This document shows, piece by piece, positions 8,501-16,929 of a DNA stretch of 17,009 nt. The notes under the pieces are model-generated. The model made no database searches and was not told the DNA's origin. It saw nothing but the letters and a program-made list of their open reading frames with translations. The stretch is taken from NCBI GenBank assembly GCA_036479435.1, contig JAZGFI010000272.1, forward strand, positions 1-17,009, written 5' to 3'. Position 1 is the first letter of the stretch, and every line of letters starts with the position of its first letter. The stretch comes from Planctomycetota bacterium. GTDB lineage: Bacteria; Planctomycetota; GCA-002687715; DRQF01. The translations under genes and the position numbers were made by a program.

Positions 8501-8743
8501 GCAGCCTGCACTCGCTTCGACAAGGACACTCGTGACGGAAAGGACATGCGAGGCCCCCAAGGACTCCTGGCCACCGCAGTGGCGTCCGTTGTCGGCAAGA
8601 CCGAAGAGCGCGCAATCTCCAGCCTCTTCACCCCGGGGGGCACGCACGCGATGAAGGGAGAGTTCGCTGGCAACGACGACTTCGAGGTCGCAGCGTTCTT
8701 CGTCGTGTTGCCAGAAGCAGCAGCTCAGGAGGCCTCGTCATGA
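5531..8743 (+). CDS. SNF2-like superfamily 2 helicase/translocase with degenerate PLD-like N-terminal domain
   Basis: Walker A ADSVGLGKT, Walker B VVIDESHNFRN, motif III LSATP, C-terminal TDCISEGQNLQ and QRFGRIDR. TTG start with GGAG at 5522-5525. Confidence 0.88.
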   Translation: MRILQNTGTDRVLDLIRPGLGSDTQLDVVTPTLSLFAFAELLSELTSLKGARLVLPSVGDDLALLGSPDDRAARNRLQARWLAARCASWLRRKVELRQASGPIPQGSVVIRDSASVPLHVVLGSFAFSTQGLGITPGNPMSLIQASENQAEGAALSGWFDSLWSSLPPTESGAPTVLDALDDVASHRAPSSIYALVLQHLFGSRGDELDEEQVVKSATGIRRTLVWQKLYKFQRDGAVGAIDKLNRFGGCIIADSVGLGKTFEALAIIKYHELRNDRVLVLCPKRLRDNWTLYRANDRRNVLAADRFNYDVLNHTDLSRDGGLSGDIDLANVNWGNYDLVVIDESHNFRNKRAPRQGSETRYDRLMRRIVREGVRTRVLMLSATPVNNRLADLRNQIAFATEGNDAALEEQGIASIAGTTRLAQRQFNRWLEMPDATRTPNRLVEMLGFDYFTLLDTLTIARSRRHIEKYCGTAETGKFPERLRPVNIKADVDSSGAFPAVRDINQEIRRLHLASYAPLRYVLPHRQEAYDEKYSTEVRGGEGFFRQVDREESLIHLVRINVLKRMESAVPSFALTIGRQLRDVEATIERIDAQSEELEEIDISDLDLEDPAFESLIVGRKVKVLLNDVDLVRWKQDLVEDRNRLATLHAAACDVTPEKDAKLSALREVIQGKCQSPINPGNRKIVIFTAFADTANYLYAQLAPWAKQELGLESALVTGSGRNQSTLSGLRKDLASILTAFAPRAKERPEELASDGDLDILIATDCISEGQNLQDCDWLINYDIHWNPVRIIQRFGRIDRLGSPNERIQLVNFWPNMELEEYLDLEQRVSGRMVLLDISATGEENLIEKQSGDQMNDLEYRRKQLLKLQDAVIDLEDLSTGVSIADLTLTDFRIDLAEYRREHPGALDSLPLGVCGVTTSRDADIEPGVIFCLRAEGPAAARAAEPGYSLAPYYLVHVGEDGTVRLPYSQTKQILDRLKRLCVGRDLPDAAACTRFDKDTRDGKDMRGPQGLLATAVASVVGKTEERAISSLFTPGGTHAMKGEFAGNDDFEVAAFFVVLPEAAAQEASS

Positions 8744-9498
8744 ACGCCGCCGACTGCATTGCAGCGCTCGACCTGCCCTCGGGCGCGCTCGTTGACCAAC
8801 GCATCCCCAAGAAGACACTCGCTGAATACGGAGCCACTTCCGCAGCGACGCGTCGCAACATCCAGGAGGGCATCGAGTCGCTTCGTTGGGTCGCAGCCCT
8901 CAAGCCGTCAACGTCCGGTATTCCGGCACACACTGACGACGTGCGCGAGTACCTCGAGGTTGCCGTGCTTCATCTGCACCTGCGCCCCACGGCCAAGACC
9001 TCCCAGCTCGTGCCCTTCATTCACCACACAATTCCATACCCCATCCTGCTCGTGTCCTCCGACGAAGAGCACTTCGGACTCTCACTGGCCCACAAGCGCT
9101 GGTCTCAGGCAGCAAGCGGCGATGTGGTCGTGGATGGTGACATTGTCACGTTCCGCATTGACGAAAAGGTCCCATCAGAGGCACTCGCCGAGTTCCTCGC
9201 AGCGCTATCGCTAGCCAAGCAACCCCGCAACACGCTATACGAGCTGTATCAAGGTTGGCTCGACACGGTGCTTGCGCTGCAAACGGCCTGTGTTCTCGGA
9301 GACTTCACCCTGCCGCGCTCGTCTGAGCACGCAGCAGCACGCAGCAAAGCTCTACTGGAGTGCGCTCGCTTGGAGTCCGAGATGTCCTCACTACGCGCCG
9401 CGGCTATTCGAGAGAAGCAGCTACCGCGGCAAGTCGAACTCAACCTTCAACTGAAACGCCTGGCAGAAGCGCATGCAGCCGCTCGGGCACAAATGTAA
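8740..9498 (+). CDS. DUF4391 domain-containing protein
   Basis: LP..ALVDQRIPKK, EYLEVAVL, IHHTIPYP, SLAHKRWSQ, LY.GW and C-terminal helical hairpin EKQLPRQVELN. ATGA overlap with helicase; position between helicase and mod is typical for this family. Confidence 0.8.
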   Translation: MNAADCIAALDLPSGALVDQRIPKKTLAEYGATSAATRRNIQEGIESLRWVAALKPSTSGIPAHTDDVREYLEVAVLHLHLRPTAKTSQLVPFIHHTIPYPILLVSSDEEHFGLSLAHKRWSQAASGDVVVDGDIVTFRIDEKVPSEALAEFLAALSLAKQPRNTLYELYQGWLDTVLALQTACVLGDFTLPRSSEHAAARSKALLECARLESEMSSLRAAAIREKQLPRQVELNLQLKRLAEAHAAARAQM

Positions 9499-9518
9499 TC
9501 ATGACCGAGGAAGCCTGC

Positions 9519-11384
9519 ATGAAAAAGCTAACCACCGATGACCCCACAACTCACTCGGCCGACGTAGTCGCCGAGAACGTCGAGCACCTACGCTCGCTCT
9601 TCCCCGAAGCCTTCACAGAGGGCAAGGTCGACTTCGAGGTGCTCAAGCAACTCCTTGGTGGGCTCGTCGATGAGCGCGAGGAGAAGTACGGGCTCAACTG
9701 GCATGGCAAGCGGCGAGCCCGGCAGCTCGCCTTGACTCCTAGCACCGGAACGCTTCGACCGTGCCCAGAGGAAAGCGTCGACTGGGACACCACCCAGAAC
9801 CTGATGATTGAGGGCGACAACCTCGAAGTTCTGAAGCTGCTCCAAAAGAGCTACTCGGGCAAGGTCAAGCTCATCTACATCGACCCGCCGTATAACACCG
9901 GCAAGGACTTCGTCTACCCGGACAACTTTCGAGACAACATACGCAACTACCTCGAGCTAACGGGGCAAGCTGACGGCGAGAACGGAAAGCTCTCGTCCAA
10001 CAGCGAGGCTTCGGGCCGGTTTCACACCGATTGGCTCAACATGATGTATCCACGCCTACGTCTGGCGAGGAACCTGCTTCTCAGCGACGGGCTAATTTTT
10101 ATCACGATAGGCAACGACGAACTAAATCGCCTATGGGCTATATGTGATGATATTTTCGGCGAAGAGAACCTCGTCTCATGTTTCGTGTGGGAAAAACGCA
10201 CTAACCGCGAGAATCGCAAGCTCATTTCCTCGCGTCATGACTACGTGCTCTGCTATGCCAAGAACGCTGCCGACTCAGAGGAGGTCATCTCCATGCTTCC
10301 AATGGATGCCCGGGCACTGTCACGGTACAAGAATCCCGACGAGGACCCCCGGGGTCCGTGGAAATCTGACCCCGCAACAGCCCAGGAAGGACATGCCACT
10401 CCTGTTCAATTCTATACGCTAACCGCGCCCAATGGTCAGCAACACGAACTTCCTGGTGGGCGCTGTTGGGTATACACGAAGGACGTGATGAATGAGGCGA
10501 TTCGAGATGGCCGCATATGGTTTGGCCGCGAGGGCAACGGCGTACCCAGAATCAAGACATACCTCAACGCTAAAGACCGCGGCTTGACGCCGGAGAGTCT
10601 TTGGTTCGCGGACCAGGTGGGCACGAACGAGGCCGCCAAGAACGACCTCAAGAAACTCTTCGGTGGCGATGCAGTGTTTGACACGCCGAAACCGGTGCGG
10701 CTTGTTGAACGTATGATTCAAATTGCCGCCCATGATGGGATTATATTGGACTTCTTTGCTGGCTCGGGAGTCACTGCACACGCTGTATTCAACCAGAACC
10801 GTGGGGATGGCGGACATCGCAGATTTATTCTCGTCCAGCTCCCTGAAGCAACTGAACGGGAGGACTATGCAACCATCGCAGACATCACCAAGGCACGCTT
10901 ACGAGGAGCCGGTGATTCATTCAAAGCGGAGGATTCGATGTTTTCGGGCGACCTCGGCTTTCGTGTCTTCAAGCTGGACCGCTCCAACATCCGTGCGTGG
11001 GACCCGAACCCAGAGGACCTAGAAGCCGCACTCTTCGGTGGAGTGGAGCATCTGCACGAGGGGCGCACGGAGCAAGACGTCCTCTACGAGCTTCTTCTCA
11101 AGCTGGGCCTCGACCTCTGCGTCCCCATCGAGGAGCGCACCATCGCAGACAAGCCCGTTCACTCGATAGGTGCCGGAACCCTTCTGGTTTGCTTGGCCAA
11201 GAAAATTGCCGCCGCTGAGGTTGAGACTTTGGCGCTCGGCATGGCCGCATGGCGCGAAGAGCAGAATCCCGCAGGGGACACCACCGTTGTCTTCCGTGAC
11301 GCTGCTTTCGCTGACGACGTCGCTAAAACGAACATGGCGGCCATCCTTGAGCAGCATGGCCTCGCGACCGTGAGGAGCTTGTAG
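9519..11384 (+). CDS. mod: Type III R-M methyltransferase subunit (beta-class amino-MTase)
   Basis: EKYGLNWHGK, NLMIEGDNLEVLKLL, motif IV IYIDPPYNTG (DPPY 9882-9893), FDTPKP, motif I LDFFAGSG, C-terminal Mod extension. Start set at ATG 9519 (GAGG 9507-9510); 9501 is possible. Confidence 0.93.
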   Translation: MKKLTTDDPTTHSADVVAENVEHLRSLFPEAFTEGKVDFEVLKQLLGGLVDEREEKYGLNWHGKRRARQLALTPSTGTLRPCPEESVDWDTTQNLMIEGDNLEVLKLLQKSYSGKVKLIYIDPPYNTGKDFVYPDNFRDNIRNYLELTGQADGENGKLSSNSEASGRFHTDWLNMMYPRLRLARNLLLSDGLIFITIGNDELNRLWAICDDIFGEENLVSCFVWEKRTNRENRKLISSRHDYVLCYAKNAADSEEVISMLPMDARALSRYKNPDEDPRGPWKSDPATAQEGHATPVQFYTLTAPNGQQHELPGGRCWVYTKDVMNEAIRDGRIWFGREGNGVPRIKTYLNAKDRGLTPESLWFADQVGTNEAAKNDLKKLFGGDAVFDTPKPVRLVERMIQIAAHDGIILDFFAGSGVTAHAVFNQNRGDGGHRRFILVQLPEATEREDYATIADITKARLRGAGDSFKAEDSMFSGDLGFRVFKLDRSNIRAWDPNPEDLEAALFGGVEHLHEGRTEQDVLYELLLKLGLDLCVPIEERTIADKPVHSIGAGTLLVCLAKKIAAAEVETLALGMAAWREEQNPAGDTTVVFRDAAFADDVAKTNMAAILEQHGLATVRSL

Positions 11385-11388
11385 ACCC

Positions 11389-14376
11389 ATGGCAATGAAG
11401 CTCCACTTCGAACCCAATCTGGACTACCAGCTCCAAGCTATCGAGGCAGTCTGCGACCTCTTCCGGGGGCAGGAGACCTGTCGCACAGAGTTCACCGTCA
11501 CCAGCACGCCGGAGGAAGGGAAGCCGTTCCTCCCAGGCATGGGCAGCGACCTAGGGCTCGGAAACAGGCTCTCCCTGCTCGACGACGAGATTCTTGCCAA
11601 CCTCAACTCCGTGCAACTCCGCAGCGGCTTGGCCCAGTCCGGCACTCTCGCATCCGGTGACTTCACCGTCGAAATGGAGACCGGCACCGGCAAGACCTAC
11701 GTCTATTTGCGCACGGTGTTCGAGCTCAACAAGCGCTTTGGCTTCACCAAGTTCGTCATCGTCGTGCCATCGGTCGCCATCAAGGAAGGCGTCTACAAGG
11801 CGCTCCAGATGACCGAGGACCACCTCAAGGGGCTCTACGCAGGCACACCCTATGACTACTTCCTCTACGACTCCTCGAAGCTTGGTCAGGTGCGCAACTT
11901 CGCGACCAGCTCACAGATTCAAGTCATGGTGGTGACCGTCGGAGCCATCAACAAGAAGGACGTCAACAACCTCTACAAGGACAGTGAGAAGACCGGTGGT
12001 GAGAAGCCCATCGACCTCATCAAGGCCACGAATCCCATCGTAATCGTCGACGAGCCGCAGTCCGTGGATGGCGGCCTCAAGGGCAAGGGACGCGAGGCCC
12101 TCGACGCGATGAGTCCCCTCTGCACGCTTCGCTACTCGGCAACCCACGTCGAGAAGCACCACATGGTCTACCGGCTCGATGCAGTGGACGCCTACGAGCA
12201 GAAGCTCGTGAAGCAAATCGAGGTGGCTGCGGCCACCATCGAGGATGCACACAACAAACCCTACCTGCGCTTCATCTCGGCGGCCAACAAGCGGGGAACC
12301 ATCACAGCCAAGGTCGAGCTCGACGTTGAAACCAAGGCGGGCGTCAGGCGCAAGGAGGTCACCGTTCGAGACGGAGACGACCTCGAGCAGACCACCGGCC
12401 GCGCTGTCTACGAGGACTGCCGCATCGGCGAAATTCGCGTCGCGAAGGGCTCTGAGTCTCTCGAGCTCCGAGTCCCCGGCGGTGAGCACTACCTTGCCAA
12501 GGGAGACGCACACGGGGACGTTGATGCGCTCGCTGTGGCTCGCGAGATGATTCGCCGAACCATCCGCGAACACCTCGACAAAGAGAAACGTCTCAGGCCC
12601 CAGGGCATCAAGGTGCTCTCTCTCTTCTTCATCGACAAGGTCGACCGCTACCGCAGCTACGACGATGACGGCAACCAGGTCAAGGGCGACTACGCGCGCA
12701 TCTTCGAGGAAGAGTACCTCCGCCTTGCGAGAAACCCCGACTACCGCACCCTCTTCGGTGAGGTGGACCTGGAGGCAGCCGCGGAGGAGGTCCACAACGG
12801 CTACTTCTCCATCGACAAGAAGGGTGGCTGGACCGACACGGCCGAGAACAACCAGTCGAACCGAGACAGCGCCGAGCGGGCCTACAACCTCATCATGAAG
12901 GAGAAGGAGCTCTTGCTGAGTTTCGACACTCCGCTCAAGTTCATCTTCTCCCACTCCGCCCTGCGCGAAGGCTGGGACAACCCCAACGTGTTCCAGATTT
13001 GCGGCCTGCGGGACATTCGCAGCGAGCGCGAACGCCGCCAGACCATCGGCCGTGGCCTGCGCTTGTGCGTCAACCAGGACGGCATCCGCCTTCGAGGGTT
13101 TGAGGTCAACACGCTCACGGTTATCGCGACGGAGAACTACGAGGAGTTCGCCGAGAACCTCCAGAGGGAAATCGAAGAGGACACCGGCATTCGCTTCGGC
13201 ATCGTGGAGCCCCACCAGTTCGCAGCCATCGCCACCGTTGGTGAGGATGGCCAGGCCACAGCCATTGGCTCTGAGCAGTCAAAGCTCATCTGGGAGCACT
13301 TGCAGGACCAGGGTCACATCGACTCCAAGGGCCGAGTTCAGGACACGCTCCGAGAGGCCCTCAAGCAGGGCACCCTCGAAGTTCCCGAGGACTTCGCCAC
13401 GCAGATCGACCAGATAACAGAGGTGCTCAAGAAGCTCGCAGGACGCCTCGAAATCAAGAACGCCGATGAGCGGCGCCCTGTGCGTCCCCGGCAAGCTGTT
13501 CTCCACAGCGAGGAGTTCAAGGCCCTTTGGGAGCGCATCAAGCACAAGACCACCTACCGGGTCGAGTTCGACAACGAGAAGCTCCTCAAGAAGTGTGTCC
13601 GCGCTCTTCAAGATGCCCCGCGCATCCCGAAGACCCGCCTTCAGTGGCGCAAGGCAGACCTCGCCATCGGTAAGGCCGGTGTCGAAGCCACAGAACGGGG
13701 TGGTGCCGCCACCGTCATCCTCGACGAGGGAGACATCGAGCTCCCCGACGTCATGACGGACCTGCAAGACCGCACGCAGCTCACGCGCCGCAGCATCTAC
13801 CGCATCCTGATAGGCAGCGAGCGCCTCGACGATTTCAAACGCAACCCACAGCAGTTCATCGAGCTCGCCGCAGACGCCATCAACCGTTGCAAGCGCATGG
13901 CTCTCGTCGACGGCATCAAGTACCAGCGCCTCGGCGAAGAGCACTTCTACGCCCAAGAGCTCTTCGAGCAGGAGGAGCTCACGGGCTACCTCAAGAACAT
14001 GCTCGAGGAAACCCAGAAGTCCGTCTACGAGCAGGTGGTCTACGACTCCGACACCGAGCGCACGTTCGCCGACCAGCTCGAGAAAAACGACGCCGTGCGG
14101 GTCTACGCAAAGCTCCCTGGCTGGTTCAAGGTCCCCACGCCACTCGGGTCCTACAACCCCGACTGGGCCGTGCTCCTTCGCACCGAAGCTGGTGAACGCC
14201 TCTACTTCGTGGTCGAGACCAAGAGCAGCCTCTTCCTTGATGACCTGAGAGACAAGGAAGGCGCGAAGATTGCCTGCGGCAAGGCCCACTTCGGAGCCCT
14301 GCACGTGAGCGAAGCCCCGGCCGAGTACATCGTCGCTCGCTCCGTAGATGATGTGTTGGAGCGTGCAAGCACCTGA
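11389..14376 (+). CDS. res: Type III R-M restriction subunit (SF2 ATPase plus PD-(D/E)xK nuclease)
   Basis: EMETGTGKT, IVDEPQ, RYSATH, LREGWDNPNVFQIC, QTIGRGLRL, and YNPDWA...VVETK. Starts 4 nt after mod; start may be 11395. Confidence 0.95.
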   Translation: MAMKLHFEPNLDYQLQAIEAVCDLFRGQETCRTEFTVTSTPEEGKPFLPGMGSDLGLGNRLSLLDDEILANLNSVQLRSGLAQSGTLASGDFTVEMETGTGKTYVYLRTVFELNKRFGFTKFVIVVPSVAIKEGVYKALQMTEDHLKGLYAGTPYDYFLYDSSKLGQVRNFATSSQIQVMVVTVGAINKKDVNNLYKDSEKTGGEKPIDLIKATNPIVIVDEPQSVDGGLKGKGREALDAMSPLCTLRYSATHVEKHHMVYRLDAVDAYEQKLVKQIEVAAATIEDAHNKPYLRFISAANKRGTITAKVELDVETKAGVRRKEVTVRDGDDLEQTTGRAVYEDCRIGEIRVAKGSESLELRVPGGEHYLAKGDAHGDVDALAVAREMIRRTIREHLDKEKRLRPQGIKVLSLFFIDKVDRYRSYDDDGNQVKGDYARIFEEEYLRLARNPDYRTLFGEVDLEAAAEEVHNGYFSIDKKGGWTDTAENNQSNRDSAERAYNLIMKEKELLLSFDTPLKFIFSHSALREGWDNPNVFQICGLRDIRSERERRQTIGRGLRLCVNQDGIRLRGFEVNTLTVIATENYEEFAENLQREIEEDTGIRFGIVEPHQFAAIATVGEDGQATAIGSEQSKLIWEHLQDQGHIDSKGRVQDTLREALKQGTLEVPEDFATQIDQITEVLKKLAGRLEIKNADERRPVRPRQAVLHSEEFKALWERIKHKTTYRVEFDNEKLLKKCVRALQDAPRIPKTRLQWRKADLAIGKAGVEATERGGAATVILDEGDIELPDVMTDLQDRTQLTRRSIYRILIGSERLDDFKRNPQQFIELAADAINRCKRMALVDGIKYQRLGEEHFYAQELFEQEELTGYLKNMLEETQKSVYEQVVYDSDTERTFADQLEKNDAVRVYAKLPGWFKVPTPLGSYNPDWAVLLRTEAGERLYFVVETKSSLFLDDLRDKEGAKIACGKAHFGALHVSEAPAEYIVARSVDDVLERAST

Positions 14377-14441
14377 CAACCAGACTTCGCCGTCCAACTT
14401 ACACCCCCACCATCCCGCCGACTCAAAGAGCCAGTACGCAA

Positions 14442-16532
14442 ATGAAGGCCATCGACTGCCCTTTCTCTCGAATCATCAATGGAACCTCTCAGTTCCTCAT
14501 TCCTGTCTTTCAACGCGACTACAGTTGGACAGAGGCGGAGTGCGAGCAATTGTGGCAGGACGTCCTTCGAATCGCAGACGACAAGACCGACCGCGGGCAC
14601 TTCATTGGTTCTGTGGTCTACATCTCCAGTGGAGACTCGTCAGCAAACTTCCCTCGATGGCTCCTAATCGACGGACAGCAGCGCGTGACCACGCTGACAC
14701 TTCTTCTGGCGGCACTCCGAGACCACATCCTCGACACCAAGTGGTCGGGGACCGAAGACGGGCCGACCGCCAAACGTGTCGAAGCATACTTCCTGAAGAA
14801 CGTCGAAGAGGACGGGCCGCGGCGGCCAAAATTAGTCCTTCGCCGTCATGACCAGGCGACCCTACAGGCCGTTCTAGACAGAACCGATGACCCTCACGAC
14901 TTCTCGGAGCGCATTCGTGACAACTACGAGTGGTTCCGAGAGCAGTTCACGAACGCTGACCCCGAGGCTGTGTATCGTGGCATAGGCCGTTTGATTGTGG
15001 TCGACGTCACTCTCGACCGGGGTACCGACGACCCCCAGCTTGTTTTCGAGAGCTTGAACTCGACCGGTATGGACCTTAGTCAGTCCGACCTGATTCGGAA
15101 TTTCATTCTCATGCGCTTACCTGAGGCTGAGCAAACGCGCCTCTACGACACCTACTGGAACAAGATTGAAGGCCTCTTCCGAGGCTCCGAGAGGACCTTT
15201 GACGCTTTCGTGCGAGACTACCTAGCGCTGCGTTCTCGAGCCACGAAGCAAGGGAAGGCGGATGAGATTTACTTCGCGTTCCGCCGTGAGTTTGGGTCCA
15301 TCGGCCCGGATGGCCTAGATGAGCTACTCGGAGACCTGCTTCGTTTCGCTCGATATCATGCGGCCTTCAGCCTTGGGGCAAAAGCACCGGACCCCGTGCT
15401 TGGACCGCTTGCTCGGCTCCGGCGCCTCGTCGACGTCCCCGCAATTCTTGTGATGCGCCTCTTTGAGTGTCACGAAGCGCTCGGAACGTTGAGCGCGGTG
15501 CAGTTCGCGCAAGCCATCGAACTCACTGAAAGTTATGTGTTCCGCCGCGCGCTCTGTGGCGCGCAAACTCGTGGCTACTGGCAGATATTTGCCAACCTCG
15601 CGTACCAAGTCGACTCCGACCGCCCTTTCGAGTCTCTGGCCGTTGGGGTTGCTCGCCAGCGCGACGCGTACCGCTTCCCAAACAACGAGGAGTTCTATCT
15701 GGCGCTTACAGAACGCGACGTCTACGGAAAGCGTGTCTGCTTCGATCTCCTCGACCGGCTCGAGAATGACGGGAGCAAGGAGCCAACCGACACCAGCAAA
15801 TACTCGATTGAGCACATCATGCCTCAAAACGAAAAGTTGTCGGCTGAGTGGCGTGACATGCTTGGCCATGACTGGCCCGATGTTCAACGCCTGTGGCTTC
15901 ACCGGCTCGGCAACCTGACATTGACCGGCTACAACAGCAAATACTCCGACCGCGCGTTCCCGGACAAGAAGACCATAGCTGACGGTTTCGAGGAGAGCTC
16001 GGTGAGGCTCAACAAGTACGTCCGTGAGCAACCACAATGGACCCCGGCCGAGATGGAAGTTCGCGGACAGATGCTCGCCAACCGCGCTCTCGACATCTGG
16101 CCGCCCTTGATGGTCGACGCATCCCTAGTCCAGGCGGCCGAGCTCGAGGACATGCGTCGTCGATCTAAGCGGCGAGATGTCGGCAAGGTCAAAATGAGCC
16201 CTGTAGCTCGTGAGCTCTTTGAGCAGTTGCGAACAAGCGTGATGGAGATTGACGGCAACATCATCGAACTCGCCGAACCTCGCTCGGTCAGCTACCACGG
16301 CCCGCAGTTTTTCCTTGAGGTTCTGCCTCGAAAGAATCGTCTCAACCTACTTCTCGCGCTGGACTTCAACGAGGTGGATGACCCACTCGGTATCGCCAAG
16401 GACACCTCCCAGCGGAAGTTCTTCGTTCATGCCCAGTACGACGGTGGTGTGAATATTCCGATCTGGACCTCAGAAGACCTGGTCCAGGCATTGCCAATTA
16501 TTCGCCAAGCGCACTCCATGCTCGCGGTGTAG
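14442..16532 (+). CDS. gmrSD: GmrSD-family type IV restriction endonuclease (DUF262 + DUF1524 HNH + probable DUF5655-like C-terminus)
   Basis: IPVFQRDYSW, LIDGQQR and FESLNS (DUF262); IEHIMPQ...LGNLTLT..NS (DUF1524 HNH); extra ~120-aa C-terminal domain. Confidence 0.88.
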   Translation: MKAIDCPFSRIINGTSQFLIPVFQRDYSWTEAECEQLWQDVLRIADDKTDRGHFIGSVVYISSGDSSANFPRWLLIDGQQRVTTLTLLLAALRDHILDTKWSGTEDGPTAKRVEAYFLKNVEEDGPRRPKLVLRRHDQATLQAVLDRTDDPHDFSERIRDNYEWFREQFTNADPEAVYRGIGRLIVVDVTLDRGTDDPQLVFESLNSTGMDLSQSDLIRNFILMRLPEAEQTRLYDTYWNKIEGLFRGSERTFDAFVRDYLALRSRATKQGKADEIYFAFRREFGSIGPDGLDELLGDLLRFARYHAAFSLGAKAPDPVLGPLARLRRLVDVPAILVMRLFECHEALGTLSAVQFAQAIELTESYVFRRALCGAQTRGYWQIFANLAYQVDSDRPFESLAVGVARQRDAYRFPNNEEFYLALTERDVYGKRVCFDLLDRLENDGSKEPTDTSKYSIEHIMPQNEKLSAEWRDMLGHDWPDVQRLWLHRLGNLTLTGYNSKYSDRAFPDKKTIADGFEESSVRLNKYVREQPQWTPAEMEVRGQMLANRALDIWPPLMVDASLVQAAELEDMRRRSKRRDVGKVKMSPVARELFEQLRTSVMEIDGNIIELAEPRSVSYHGPQFFLEVLPRKNRLNLLLALDFNEVDDPLGIAKDTSQRKFFVHAQYDGGVNIPIWTSEDLVQALPIIRQAHSMLAV

Positions 16533-16533
16533 G

Positions 16534-16929
16534 TCAGCCAGGGGCTTCCCTACGTAAGCGCGTCTCTCCGGTGAACCACCGTTGCTCATGTAGAGGCTTG
16601 AACGGCCAGTAGACCCGCCGCTTGTAGCGCACAGCCTCAAGTGGAACCGGGTCGAACCCCGCGGTTTTTCGCTCGCGGTTCACTGCTCGCAGGATGCAGC
16701 GCATCTGCTCCCTCACGGGAGCGTATGACTCGAACGGCACATTCCAGAACTCACTGGTCATGGCCTTAGCCGTTCGACGCCTCGCAAGGTCCATGAAGTA
16801 GGCCTTGAGGCGGAGGTATTCCTCCATCTGGATGCGCACCGAGGCGTGCCCATCCCTGTAAGAGATTGAGTAGCCCTCGAAGCGTAACTGTCCGGTGAAC
16901 CCCATCTTTTTGTCGCGCTGACAGAGCAC
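16534..16929 (-). CDS. Hypothetical protein (possibly 5'-incomplete)
   Basis: AGGAGG 6 nt before the GTG, but the frame stays open to the window edge. Protein-like sequence (FEGYSISYR...PFESYAPVREQM...RAVNRER). Confidence 0.6.
   Translation of the reverse strand: MLCQRDKKMGFTGQLRFEGYSISYRDGHASVRIQMEEYLRLKAYFMDLARRRTAKAMTSEFWNVPFESYAPVREQMRCILRAVNRERKTAGFDPVPLEAVRYKRRVYWPFKPLHEQRWFTGETRLRREAPG

Noticed and set aside
9360..9518. ORF-track N-terminal extension of mod
   Set aside because: Overlaps the DUF4391 gene by ~140 nt. An SD and typical Mod N-terminus point to ATG 9519 (or 9501).
9519..11384. Phase-variable simple sequence repeat in mod (phasevarion)
   Set aside because: No tandem repeat tract seen in the gene or just upstream.
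11911..14397. Long antisense ORFs (434 aa and 372 aa) opposite res
   Set aside because: Shadow frames expected from strong C/G third-position bias. No motifs, and they lie almost entirely antisense to a clear gene.
5531..16532. Calling the block DISARM or BREX
   Set aside because: No DrmA/DrmB (DUF1998), PglZ, BrxC or PglX. The MTase and nuclease are clearly type III Mod/Res.
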